A DNA stretch of 64,000 nt, taken from assembly GCA_965279525.1 (NCBI GenBank), contig CBDIIB010000003.1:192001-256000 (forward strand), given 5' to 3'. The notes beneath the pieces were generated by a model that worked only from the letters and a program-made list of their open reading frames with translations, was not told where the DNA came from and made no database searches. Source of the stretch: Tagaea sp. Lineage in GTDB: Bacteria > Pseudomonadota > Alphaproteobacteria > CACIAM-22H2. A program made the translations under genes and the position numbers. The first letter of the stretch is position 1. Every line of letters starts with the position of its first letter. Positions 21,190 through 29,772 of the stretch are shown here, piece after piece.

Positions 21190-21903
21190 ATGAAGCGCAC
21201 GATCTTGGTGACAGGTGCGAGCAAGGGAATCGGGCGTGCGATCGCGCTGCGATTGGCGCGCGACGGGTTTCGCATCGTTGTCCACTATGGGCGCGACCTC
21301 GACGGTGCCGAATCGGTGCTGTCGGAAATCGGCGATGGCCGGACGATAAACTTCGACATCTCGGATCGCGTCGCATGCCGTACCGCTCTCGAGGCCGATA
21401 TCGCCGAACATGGTCCTTACTACGGCGTCGTGCTGAATGCCGGGATTGCCCGCGACAACGCTTTTCCCGCCATGGAGGATTCCGACTGGGACGACGTGCT
21501 CGGCACCAATCTCGACGGCTTCTACAACGTGCTGCGGCCACTCGTCATGCCCATGGTGACAATGCGCGACGGCGGTCGCATCGTCACGCTGTCGTCAGTT
21601 TCCGGGATCGCAGGAAATCGGGGGCAGGTCAACTACAGTGCTGCCAAGGCCGGCATCATCGGTGCGACGAAGGCGCTGGCGATCGAACTCGCCAAGCGTG
21701 CCATTACGGTCAATTGTGTGGCACCGGGCATCATCGAGACGCAAATGACCGAAAATCTCCCGATGGACGAGGTCGCGAAACTCGTTCCGCTACGACGTTC
21801 CGGCCGACCCGAAGAGGTTGCCGGACTCGTGGCATTCCTGTGTTCCGACGAGGCATCCTACATCACCCGGCAGGTGATTTCGGTGAACGGGGGTCTCGTC
21901 TGA
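21190..21903 (+). CDS. fabG: 3-oxoacyl-ACP reductase (ApeQ)
   Basis: TGASKGIG, NAG, GNRGQVNYSAAK, RQVISVNGG. Confidence 0.93.
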   Translation: MKRTILVTGASKGIGRAIALRLARDGFRIVVHYGRDLDGAESVLSEIGDGRTINFDISDRVACRTALEADIAEHGPYYGVVLNAGIARDNAFPAMEDSDWDDVLGTNLDGFYNVLRPLVMPMVTMRDGGRIVTLSSVSGIAGNRGQVNYSAAKAGIIGATKALAIELAKRAITVNCVAPGIIETQMTENLPMDEVAKLVPLRRSGRPEEVAGLVAFLCSDEASYITRQVISVNGGLV

Positions 21904-23129
21904 TGCAGCGCCGTGTCGTCGTTACAGGCATGGGTGGCGTGACGGCCTTGGGCCATGACTGGCCGAGCATTCGTACCGCGTTCGCACAGGGGCGCACGGG
22001 TGTGCGCTTCATGGACGAATGGGAGCGCTTCTCCGGCATCGATACGCGCATGGCGGCACCCGTGCTCGATTTCGCGATCGACAACCGCTATCCGCGCAAG
22101 AAGACGCGCACGATGGGTCGCGTCGCGCAGTTCGCCGTCTATGCGAGCGAACTCGCGCTGGCCGACGCAGGCCTGATCGACGATCCGGTCCTGCTGAAAG
22201 GGCGGACGGGGGCGGCCTATGGTTCGTCGTTCGGCAGTCCCGATGCCGTCCTCGGCTTCTACGAACTGAAGAAAGAAGGGGCGTCGCGGAATCTCAACGC
22301 CACGAGCTATATCCAGATGATGGGCCACACGACGGTGGTGAATATCGGCCTGTTTTTCGGCATCACAGGGCGCATCATCCCGACATCGAGTGCTTGCACC
22401 TCCGGCAGCCAGGGAATCGGTTACGCTTACGAGTCGATCCGGTGGGGACGTGCCGACGTGATGGTCGCCGGCGGCGCCGAAGAACTCGATATCACGGACT
22501 CCGCCGTTTTCGACACGCTCTACGCCACGAGCACGCGCAACGACCGTCCGAATGAAACACCCCGACCCTATGACAAGGATCGCGACGGACTGGTGATCGG
22601 CGAGGGTGCTGCCACACTGATCCTTGAGGAGTACGAGCACGCCCGCGCGCGCGGTGCGCGGATTTATGCCGAGATCGTCGGCTTCGGATGCAACTCGGAC
22701 GGCAGCCATGTGACCCAGCCGCAGGCCGAAACCATGGCTGGGGCGCTTCGGTTGTCGTTGCAGGATGCAGGATTGTCGCCCGATGCGATCGGCTTCGTTT
22801 CAGGCCATGGAACCGCGACCGAATGGGGCGATCTTGCCGAAACCAAGGCGACGAACGAAGTTCTGGGCGCCAAAGTGCCGATTCATTCACTGAAAGGGCA
22901 TTTCGGTCACAGCCTTGGTGCCTGCGGTGCGATCGAGGCGTGGTTGGGGATCGAGATGATGCGCGAAGGCTGGTTCTGCCCGACGGCCAACCTTGTCGCT
23001 GTCGACGAGCGGTGTGCGCCTCTCGATTATGTGATGGCGAGCCCGCGACAACTGCAGCCGGAATACCTGATGAGCAACAATTTCGCGTTCGGTGGAATCA
23101 ACACGTCGCTTATTTTCAGGCGCATCTGA
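21903..23129 (+). CDS. apeR: Beta-ketoacyl-ACP synthase (FabB/F-like)
   Basis: RRVVVTGMG, SACTSGSQ, HGTAT, GHSLGACG, NNFAFGG; TGATG overlap at 21901-21905. Confidence 0.92.
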   Translation: MQRRVVVTGMGGVTALGHDWPSIRTAFAQGRTGVRFMDEWERFSGIDTRMAAPVLDFAIDNRYPRKKTRTMGRVAQFAVYASELALADAGLIDDPVLLKGRTGAAYGSSFGSPDAVLGFYELKKEGASRNLNATSYIQMMGHTTVVNIGLFFGITGRIIPTSSACTSGSQGIGYAYESIRWGRADVMVAGGAEELDITDSAVFDTLYATSTRNDRPNETPRPYDKDRDGLVIGEGAATLILEEYEHARARGARIYAEIVGFGCNSDGSHVTQPQAETMAGALRLSLQDAGLSPDAIGFVSGHGTATEWGDLAETKATNEVLGAKVPIHSLKGHFGHSLGACGAIEAWLGIEMMREGWFCPTANLVAVDERCAPLDYVMASPRQLQPEYLMSNNFAFGGINTSLIFRRI

Positions 23130-23182
23130 AGGCAGGACTTATCGGGGCTTTCCATTCAGCACGTTCACCAGTTCTGCTGATT

Positions 23183-23271
23183 TGGCCTGCCCCGGGTTCC
23201 GTGGACACCGAGATTGGATGTCACACTGGAGCCGGAGGACGTCCATGGGACAGAGTAGGGCCTTCAGTCGG
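23183..23271 (+). mobile_element. IS3-family left-end remnant (IRL, RBS and first ~9 codons of orfA)
   Basis: TGGCCTGCCCCGGGTTCCGTGGACACC resembles IS3-family termini (TG..C.GCCCC.G..GTGGACAC). GGAGG and ATG 23245 give MGQSRAFSR (cf. OrfA MxRRxFSREFK), then similarity ends. Confidence 0.55.
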
Positions 23272-23327
23272 GTCATTTGGGGCGCGAATGACGGAAACAG
23301 TTCGAGAGCTGAACTTGCTTGACAGCG

Positions 23328-23370
23328 CTTAGCCAGAGGGTCGTAGGCTCGAGCCCTACAGCAACCGCCA
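23328..23370 (+). mobile_element. Degenerate 3' half of a tRNA (tRNA-Lys CTT-like), putative att site of an integrated island
   Basis: CTTA-GCCAGAGGGTC-GTAGG-CTCGAGC-CCTAC-AGCAACC-G-CCA: 5-bp T stem, 7-nt T loop, 7-nt acceptor strand, discriminator and CCA. No matching 5' half upstream. Confidence 0.7.
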
Positions 23371-23466
23371 GCGGGGTAGTTAGTGCGGATGCCATGATGC
23401 TTGTCAGGCATGCAGGCATTAGACTTATATGCATGATTGCTGGCCCCTCGAATTGACGGAGTACCG

Positions 23467-24336
23467 ATGACCGACATGCAGTTTGTCGCCCCCCGGAATC
23501 TCGAAGAGGCCATCAAGGCATTTTCGGATTCGGCGGGCGCCGCACGGATCCTTGCCGGCGGCACAGATTTGCTCGTGCAAATGCGGGCCGGTGTCGTGCG
23601 GCCCGCGATGATCATCGATATCAAGAAGATCAGCGAGCTGACCGCCATCGAGGAGATGCCGGACGGAAGTTTCGTGGTCGGAGCAGCTGCATCGGGCGCC
23701 GTGCTCGCGGAGCATTCGAAGTTCGGTGCGGTCTGGCCGGGCGTGCTCGAGGCGATCAACCTCATCGGATCCAAGCAAGTGCAAGGCCGCGCGTCGCCGG
23801 GTGGAAATCTCTGCAACGCATCGCCGGCCGGCGACAGTGTTCCAGCACTGGTTGCAGCCGCTGCGATCGTGACCGTGGCCGGTCCGAACGGCCGGCGCCA
23901 GCTGCCCGTCGAAGCGGTGCCGACGGGACCGGGGCGGACGGCGCTGGCGCGCGGCGAGATCGTCGTGAGTTTCCGGTTTCCGCCGCGTCCGGCGGGCTCT
24001 GGTGATGCGTATCTGCGCATGATCCCGAGAACCGAAATGGATATCGCCGTCGTCGGATGCGGCGTCAGCCTGACGCTGCGCGATGGCGTCTGCACGGCAG
24101 CTCGCGTCGGGCTAGGTGCGGTGGCGCCCACGGTCCTGCTGGTCGAAGCTGCAGGAATGGCCCTGATTGGCTCGAAGCTTGACGACGCCGCACTCGAAGC
24201 GGCTGCTGATTCCTGCCGTGCTGTCTGTCGCCCAATCGATGACAAGCGCGGGACCATCGAGTACCGAACCAAGATAACCGGCGTGCTGCTGAAGCGGACC
24301 GTCCGCATTGCTGCCGACCGAGCGAGAGGCATCTGA
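23467..24336 (+). CDS. Xanthine dehydrogenase family FAD-binding subunit (CoxM-like)
   Basis: LAGGTDL, GGNLCNASPAGD, PIDDKRGT-EYR; RBS GGAG before ATG 23467. Confidence 0.92.
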   Translation: MTDMQFVAPRNLEEAIKAFSDSAGAARILAGGTDLLVQMRAGVVRPAMIIDIKKISELTAIEEMPDGSFVVGAAASGAVLAEHSKFGAVWPGVLEAINLIGSKQVQGRASPGGNLCNASPAGDSVPALVAAAAIVTVAGPNGRRQLPVEAVPTGPGRTALARGEIVVSFRFPPRPAGSGDAYLRMIPRTEMDIAVVGCGVSLTLRDGVCTAARVGLGAVAPTVLLVEAAGMALIGSKLDDAALEAAADSCRAVCRPIDDKRGTIEYRTKITGVLLKRTVRIAADRARGI

Positions 24337-24339
24337 ATC

Positions 24340-24822
24340 ATGGCGAAGTTGCAGGTTTCGACCACGATAAATGGGGACTCCGTCGAATTCCTCTGCAGCC
24401 CGGGCGAGACGATGCTCGATGCGCTGCGCGGCCCGCTCGGCATGATGGGCAGCAAGGAAGGCTGCGGTTCGGGAGATTGCGGAGCCTGCAGCATCACGCT
24501 GGACGGCCGGCTCATCTGCTCGTGCCTGATGCTTGCGGCGGAGGCGGAAGGCCGCCAGATCGGCACGATCGAAGGGATGGCGAAGGGTGGGCAGATGCAT
24601 CCCCTGCAGTCGAAGTTCCTCGAGATGGCAGCACTCCAGTGCGGGATCTGCACGCCGGGCGTCTTGATGGCCGCCAAGGCGCTTCTCGAGCGGAACAATG
24701 ATCCGACGGAGGAAGAGGTGCGGTTCTGGCTGGCCGGCAATCTGTGCCGGTGCACCGGATACGACAAGATCGTGCGGGCCGTGCTCGAAACGGCCGCTGA
24801 CATGAGGGGGGCCGCACAGTGA
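24340..24822 (+). CDS. [2Fe-2S] subunit (CoxS-like)
   Basis: GCGSGDCGAC, SC, QCGICTPG, GNLCRCTGY. Confidence 0.95.
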   Translation: MAKLQVSTTINGDSVEFLCSPGETMLDALRGPLGMMGSKEGCGSGDCGACSITLDGRLICSCLMLAAEAEGRQIGTIEGMAKGGQMHPLQSKFLEMAALQCGICTPGVLMAAKALLERNNDPTEEEVRFWLAGNLCRCTGYDKIVRAVLETAADMRGAAQ

Positions 24823-27074
24823 CCGTCCAGAACAACAAGTGGATCGGCCAGCGGACCATCCGGCCCGACGGTTCCGACAAGGTGACAGGGCGCGCGGCTT
24901 ACGCCGCCGACACGACGATGACCGGAATGATCTGGGGCAAGGTCCTGCGCAGCCCGCATGCCCATGCCCGCATCCGGTCGATCGATACGGCCAGGGCCGA
25001 AGCGTTGCCCGGTGTGCGGGCGGTGATGACGGGGATGGATCTCGTGGACTTCCCCGTCGACAAGTCAGTGATGCTCGGTATCCAGGACATGCGCTGGATG
25101 ACCCGCAACGTGATGGCGCGAGAGAAGGCGCTTTTCCCGGGCCATCCGGTCGCGGCCGTCGCGGCGACATCGGAGAGAATCGCGGCCGAAGCGCTCAAGC
25201 TGATCGACGTCGACTACGAAGTCCTGCCCTGGGTGATCGACGTCGAAGAGGCGATGAGACCCGGTGCCCCGATCCTGCATGATTTCGTACGATTCGAGGA
25301 CGCGCCGTCGAATATCGCCGGTGCCCTCGAGATCAAGCTTGGCGATGCCGAGGCGGCATTCGCTGCGGCCGACATCGTCGTCGAGCGGAGCTTCCGCACC
25401 AAGCCGGTCCATCAGGGCTATATCGAACCGCACGCATGTCTCGTCAGCGTCCTGCCCGACGGCAAGTCGACGGTCTGGAGTTCGAGTCAGGGCCAGTTCA
25501 TGGTCCGGGCGATGTGCGCGCTGATGACCGGGATCCCGCAGAGCGACATCCGGGCCATCCCGGCTGAAATCGGCGGCGGTTTTGGCGGCAAGACGATCGT
25601 CTATCTCGAGCCGGTCGCTATGGTGCTGTCGAAGAAATCGGGCCATCCGGTGAAGATGGTCATGACGCGCGACGAGGTCATGCGTGCGACCGGGCCAACG
25701 TCAGGCTCCTTCAGCACGGTAAAAGTCGGCGCCACGAAGGATGGCCGGATCGTTGCCGCGAAGGGGGCCTTCTATCTTCAGGCCGGCGCCTTTCCCGGGT
25801 CGCCGATCCGCGGTGCCGCCGGCTGCGCCTTTTCGCCTTACGACATCGCCAACGTGCATTCCGTGGGCTTCGATGTCGTGTCGAACCGTTCGAAAGTTGC
25901 CGCATATCGAGCGCCGGGTGCGCCGATCGGGGCCTACGCGGTTGAGTGCGTCCTCGACGAGGTCGCCGAAGCCCTGAAGATGGATCCATTGCAGTTCCGG
26001 CTTAAGAATGCGGCCAAGGAGGGGACGAAGGCAGCCTACGGGCCTGTTTTTCCGCGCATCGGCTTCGTCGAGACGCTCCAGGCGGCCGTCGGCCATCCGC
26101 ACAGCAAGTCACCGCTCGGGAATGCGCCGGCCGGCTTCAAGCGCGGTCGCGGAGTCGCCAGTGGCTTCTGGTTCAATGCCGGTGGCGAATCCAGCGCGCA
26201 GGTCAACATCACCGAAGACGGCAATGTCGTCGTGATTACCGGACATCCGGATATCGGCGGCTCGCGTGCCTCGACCGCCAACATCACGGCGGAACTGCTC
26301 GGCATCGACTATCGGCGGGTATCGGTCCTCATCGGCGATACGAGTTCGATCGGCTACAGCGCCCTGACTGGCGGCAGCCGGGTCACCTATGCATCCGCCA
26401 TGGTGGTCACCCATTCGACCGAGCAGGTCATCGCAACCTTGCGCGAGCGCGCGGCGAAGATCTGGAAGATCGATCCGGAAGCCGTCGTCTGGCAGGACGG
26501 CGAAGCGCGTCCGGCCGGCGACAATGCGGGCAAGTTTCCCCCGCTGTCGCTCGCCGATATCGCGGCCCGGGCAGGCGAGACCGGCGGGCCCATCGGTGCG
26601 GGCAAGCAACTGAATACGACGGGTGCCGAAGGCGGGTTCGGCACGCATGTCTGCGACGTCGAAGTGGATACCGAGCTCGGGATCGTGCGCATCCTGCGCT
26701 ATACGGCCATCCAGGATGCCGGCCGTGCAATTCACCCAAGCTATGTCGAGGGGCAGATGCAGGGCGGCGTCGCCCAGGGGATCGGCTGGGCGCTCAGCGA
26801 GGAATATCTCTACGACAAGAACGGCAAGGTCGATAACGCGACCTTCCTCGACTACCGGATGCCGGTCTGCTCGGATCTTCCGATGCTCGATACGGTAATC
26901 ATCGAGGTGCCGAATCCCAAGCATCCGCAAGGCGTGCGCGGCGTGGGCGAGATCCCGCTCGTACCGGCTTTGGCGGCAGTGTCGAACGCCGTCTATAGTG
27001 CTCTCGGCCGCCGGTTCTACAGCCTGCCGATGTCGCCGCCGAAAGTGCTGGCCGGGATCGACAGGGCCGGATGA
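24819..27074 (+). CDS. Molybdopterin-binding subunit of a xanthine dehydrogenase family hydroxylase (CoxL-like, not CODH)
   Basis: KVTGRAAY, LRSPHAHA, HQGYIEPH, IGGGFGGK, AYRAPG, EGQMQGG, GVGE. Confidence 0.93.
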   Translation: MTVQNNKWIGQRTIRPDGSDKVTGRAAYAADTTMTGMIWGKVLRSPHAHARIRSIDTARAEALPGVRAVMTGMDLVDFPVDKSVMLGIQDMRWMTRNVMAREKALFPGHPVAAVAATSERIAAEALKLIDVDYEVLPWVIDVEEAMRPGAPILHDFVRFEDAPSNIAGALEIKLGDAEAAFAAADIVVERSFRTKPVHQGYIEPHACLVSVLPDGKSTVWSSSQGQFMVRAMCALMTGIPQSDIRAIPAEIGGGFGGKTIVYLEPVAMVLSKKSGHPVKMVMTRDEVMRATGPTSGSFSTVKVGATKDGRIVAAKGAFYLQAGAFPGSPIRGAAGCAFSPYDIANVHSVGFDVVSNRSKVAAYRAPGAPIGAYAVECVLDEVAEALKMDPLQFRLKNAAKEGTKAAYGPVFPRIGFVETLQAAVGHPHSKSPLGNAPAGFKRGRGVASGFWFNAGGESSAQVNITEDGNVVVITGHPDIGGSRASTANITAELLGIDYRRVSVLIGDTSSIGYSALTGGSRVTYASAMVVTHSTEQVIATLRERAAKIWKIDPEAVVWQDGEARPAGDNAGKFPPLSLADIAARAGETGGPIGAGKQLNTTGAEGGFGTHVCDVEVDTELGIVRILRYTAIQDAGRAIHPSYVEGQMQGGVAQGIGWALSEEYLYDKNGKVDNATFLDYRMPVCSDLPMLDTVIIEVPNPKHPQGVRGVGEIPLVPALAAVSNAVYSALGRRFYSLPMSPPKVLAGIDRAG

Positions 27075-27184
27075 CAGGCAAGTCGCGATTGCAGTCGATC
27101 GTCAGTCCTTCAGCGCGCCTTCCTTGACCAGAGTCTCGTGCGCCGCCTTGAATGCATACGGTCGCGGAAAAGTTGTGCTGGCTT

Positions 27185-28480
27185 CTATGTCTGTTCGACG
27201 CCGCCGTCCTGATATCTATAGTACGCGATCACGGCCGCCATTCCGATACGCCGCAGGAAATGGAACGGTATTGCCCGGACCGGCGACAGCGGGAAGGGGA
27301 GCGTCGAGCGATCGCCGCTCAGCGCATAGGCGGCGAGACGTTCGCCAATTGCCGTCTGCAGGCCGACACCACGACCGATGCAACCGACATCGACGATGAG
27401 ACCTGGCTCGGGTTCATGCAGATGCGGCAGAAAGTCGGCAGTGACCGCAACGCGTCCGCCCCATCGATACTCGAACGGCACGCCGGCCAATTGCGGGAAC
27501 ATCTTGCCGACGACGCGCTCAAGATGCGCCCAGTCTTCCGGTCCGGTCGGTTCGCGGAACGGACCTCGCCCGCCCATCAGCAGTCTTCCTGTGTGATCGA
27601 GGCGAAAATAGAGCAGAAGCTTTCGCGTATCCGACGAGACATGCCCGAGTGGGAAAATGGAGCGGCGCAGGTTGTCGGACAACGGTGCTGTCGCCACCAT
27701 GAAGGAATTCACGTCGATGAAGGTGCGGTTCAGGCCCGGGACGATGTCGCCGCTGTAGGCGTTGGCACAGACGACCACCTTGCGCGCCGTGACACGCGAT
27801 CCCCGGGCGGTCACGACGTCGAAACGTTCGGCCCGCCGCTCCAGTCCGGTGACAGGGGAGTCGCCATGAATTGCGGCGCCGGCGGCCAGTGCCGCGCGTG
27901 CTAGGCCGCGCGCATAGGAAAGCGGCTGGATCGCACCGCCGCGTGGATCGAGCCAGCCGGCCCGGTACGAAGATGTTCCGAGAAGCTTTGCCGTCTCGTC
28001 GCGATCAAGCATCCGCGCGGCGACACCTTGACGCGACCATTGCCGGACGCGCGCCTGTGCGAGCGCAATGCCTTCGTCCGAATGGGCGCCCTGGATCCAG
28101 CCATTGCGCTGATGGGGAACATCCATCCGATGCCGTGCGATCAGCTCGAAGACGCGTTCGGCGGTGGCGCCGGCGAACTTCACGAGATCTCCGCCGCGTT
28201 CAGGCCCGAACTTCGCCACCAGTTCGTCAGGATCGAACTTGAGACCGGGAATCACCTGTCCGCCGTTGCGGCCTGAAGCACCCCAACCGGGTTCTCGGGC
28301 TTCAAGAAGGACGACGTCTGCGCCCGCTTCGGCCAGATGCAGCGCCGTCGAGAGGCCAGCGAAGCCGCCGCCAACAACGCAGACATCCGCTTCCCGGTCG
28401 GTGTCGAGCGGTGGCGTTGCCGCAGGCGGTGCTGCGGTCGCTGCCCAGAGCGACGGTGCCAGCGGAAACGGCTGTATCAT
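27185..28480 (-). CDS. FAD-dependent oxidoreductase, DAO/PuuB (DadA) family
   Basis: SLW, VVGGGFAGLSTA, GASGRNGG; ATGA overlap places the start at 28480. Confidence 0.9.
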   Translation of the reverse strand: MIQPFPLAPSLWAATAAPPAATPPLDTDREADVCVVGGGFAGLSTALHLAEAGADVVLLEAREPGWGASGRNGGQVIPGLKFDPDELVAKFGPERGGDLVKFAGATAERVFELIARHRMDVPHQRNGWIQGAHSDEGIALAQARVRQWSRQGVAARMLDRDETAKLLGTSSYRAGWLDPRGGAIQPLSYARGLARAALAAGAAIHGDSPVTGLERRAERFDVVTARGSRVTARKVVVCANAYSGDIVPGLNRTFIDVNSFMVATAPLSDNLRRSIFPLGHVSSDTRKLLLYFRLDHTGRLLMGGRGPFREPTGPEDWAHLERVVGKMFPQLAGVPFEYRWGGRVAVTADFLPHLHEPEPGLIVDVGCIGRGVGLQTAIGERLAAYALSGDRSTLPFPLSPVRAIPFHFLRRIGMAAVIAYYRYQDGGVEQT

Positions 28481-29772
28481 TCGCGGTTGTCCATCCATCG
28501 GTAATACATGACCGACGGCGCCAGGAACCAGGGATTGCCCGTGTAGAACGGTATCGTGGGGAAGTCCAAACCGTCGAAACCCGTCGCACCGGATTTCTGG
28601 CCGAGTATCTTGTGGCCGATCCGCATGCCGAGGAAGCTGGCCATGCCGACGCCGGATCCGCAATAACCCATCGCATAGTGCATGCCTTCATGCGTTCCGG
28701 TATGTGCCAGTTCGTCAAACGTGTAGGCAACGAGACCGCACCAGGAGTGACTGATGCGCGTGCCGGCTAGTTCGGGAAACAGGCGGACCATCTCGGCACG
28801 CAGCTTGGGGCCGCTGACGCGCGGATCCGTCTCGCTGTGTGAAACACGTCCGCCGAACAGGATGCGACGGCGGTCCGGCGAGGCGCGGTAATAGTAGACG
28901 ACCTTGCGCGTGTCGCTGACGATGCGGTCCTTCGGCATTATGCGCGCCATGATTTCGGCCGGAATCTCTTCGGTCGCGATGATGTAGCTGCCGATCGGGA
29001 TCACGCGCCGACGCAACCAGGGCGTCAGCTTGCCGGTATAGCCGTTTGTCGCGATCACGACCTCGCGCGCGCGGACCTTGCCGCGGGGCGTCGTGACCGT
29101 GAATCCGTCCTGATCGCGCTCGATGCGGGTTGCGGGCGTGTGCGGAAAGACGGCGGTTCCCGCTTCCTGAGCGCGCGTGAGCAGGCCCGCGTGATAGCGG
29201 GCCGGGTTGACCGAAGCGTGGGCGGTCAGGACCACGCCGCCATGGTAGACGTCCGTTCCGAGTTCGCGGCGCTGCTCCGCACGCGGGACGATCTCGAACG
29301 GCACCTCGAAGCCTTTCGGCTGGTTCGTCATCTGGCGTGCGAGCGCCTCATATTGGGCCGGATTGTGGGCCGCATGGAAGCGCCCGGCGACGCGGAAATC
29401 GCAGTCGATCCGCTCGTTGCGGACGAAATCGCCGAGCCAGGCCAGCGAAGTCCGGCCGTCGCGAAGGATCTGCGCTGCCGCTTCCGGTCCGTGTCGGCGA
29501 ACAAGCTCGGCATGGCCGGGCTTCACGCTGGTCGAGACCTGCCCGCCATTGCGCGTGCTACAGCCCCAGCCTGCTTCCTCGGCATCGAGCACGATCGTGT
29601 GGCGGCCGCCGCGCGCGGTCTGCAGGGCGGCGTTGAGGCCGGTATACCCGGATCCGACGACGAGCACGTCGGTCTTCGCGGGAAGGTCCGCAGGCGCGAT
29701 CGACGGGCGCGGAACTTGCTTCCACCAGTACGGCGTGGTCCTGAAATCTTCGGAAAACATGTTGTTCTTCAT
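28477..29772 (-). CDS. FAD-dependent oxidoreductase, DAO/PuuB family
   Basis: PYWW, VVGSGYTGL, GCSTRNGG, GYCGSGV; ATGA overlap at 29769-29772. Confidence 0.9.
   Translation of the reverse strand: MKNNMFSEDFRTTPYWWKQVPRPSIAPADLPAKTDVLVVGSGYTGLNAALQTARGGRHTIVLDAEEAGWGCSTRNGGQVSTSVKPGHAELVRRHGPEAAAQILRDGRTSLAWLGDFVRNERIDCDFRVAGRFHAAHNPAQYEALARQMTNQPKGFEVPFEIVPRAEQRRELGTDVYHGGVVLTAHASVNPARYHAGLLTRAQEAGTAVFPHTPATRIERDQDGFTVTTPRGKVRAREVVIATNGYTGKLTPWLRRRVIPIGSYIIATEEIPAEIMARIMPKDRIVSDTRKVVYYYRASPDRRRILFGGRVSHSETDPRVSGPKLRAEMVRLFPELAGTRISHSWCGLVAYTFDELAHTGTHEGMHYAMGYCGSGVGMASFLGMRIGHKILGQKSGATGFDGLDFPTIPFYTGNPWFLAPSVMYYRWMDNRE

Larger units (their letters stand above)
9405..23129 (+). other. Aryl polyene (APE) type II PKS/FAS-like biosynthetic gene cluster
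   Basis: Gene order lipoprotein-CLF-acyltransferase-ACP-ACP-membrane-AAS-DH-GT/AT-TE-LolA-MMPL-DUF3261-KS-DH-KR-KS matches the enterobacterial apeC-R order. Genes are mostly coupled by short start/stop overlaps. Confidence 0.93.

Noticed and set aside
23290-23370. Intact tRNA gene
   Set aside because: No 5' acceptor strand or D arm upstream and the T loop is mutated, so it is treated as an att-like fragment.
23467-27074. Aerobic CO dehydrogenase
   Set aside because: The loop is AYRAPG, not AYxCSFR, and no cox accessory genes are present.
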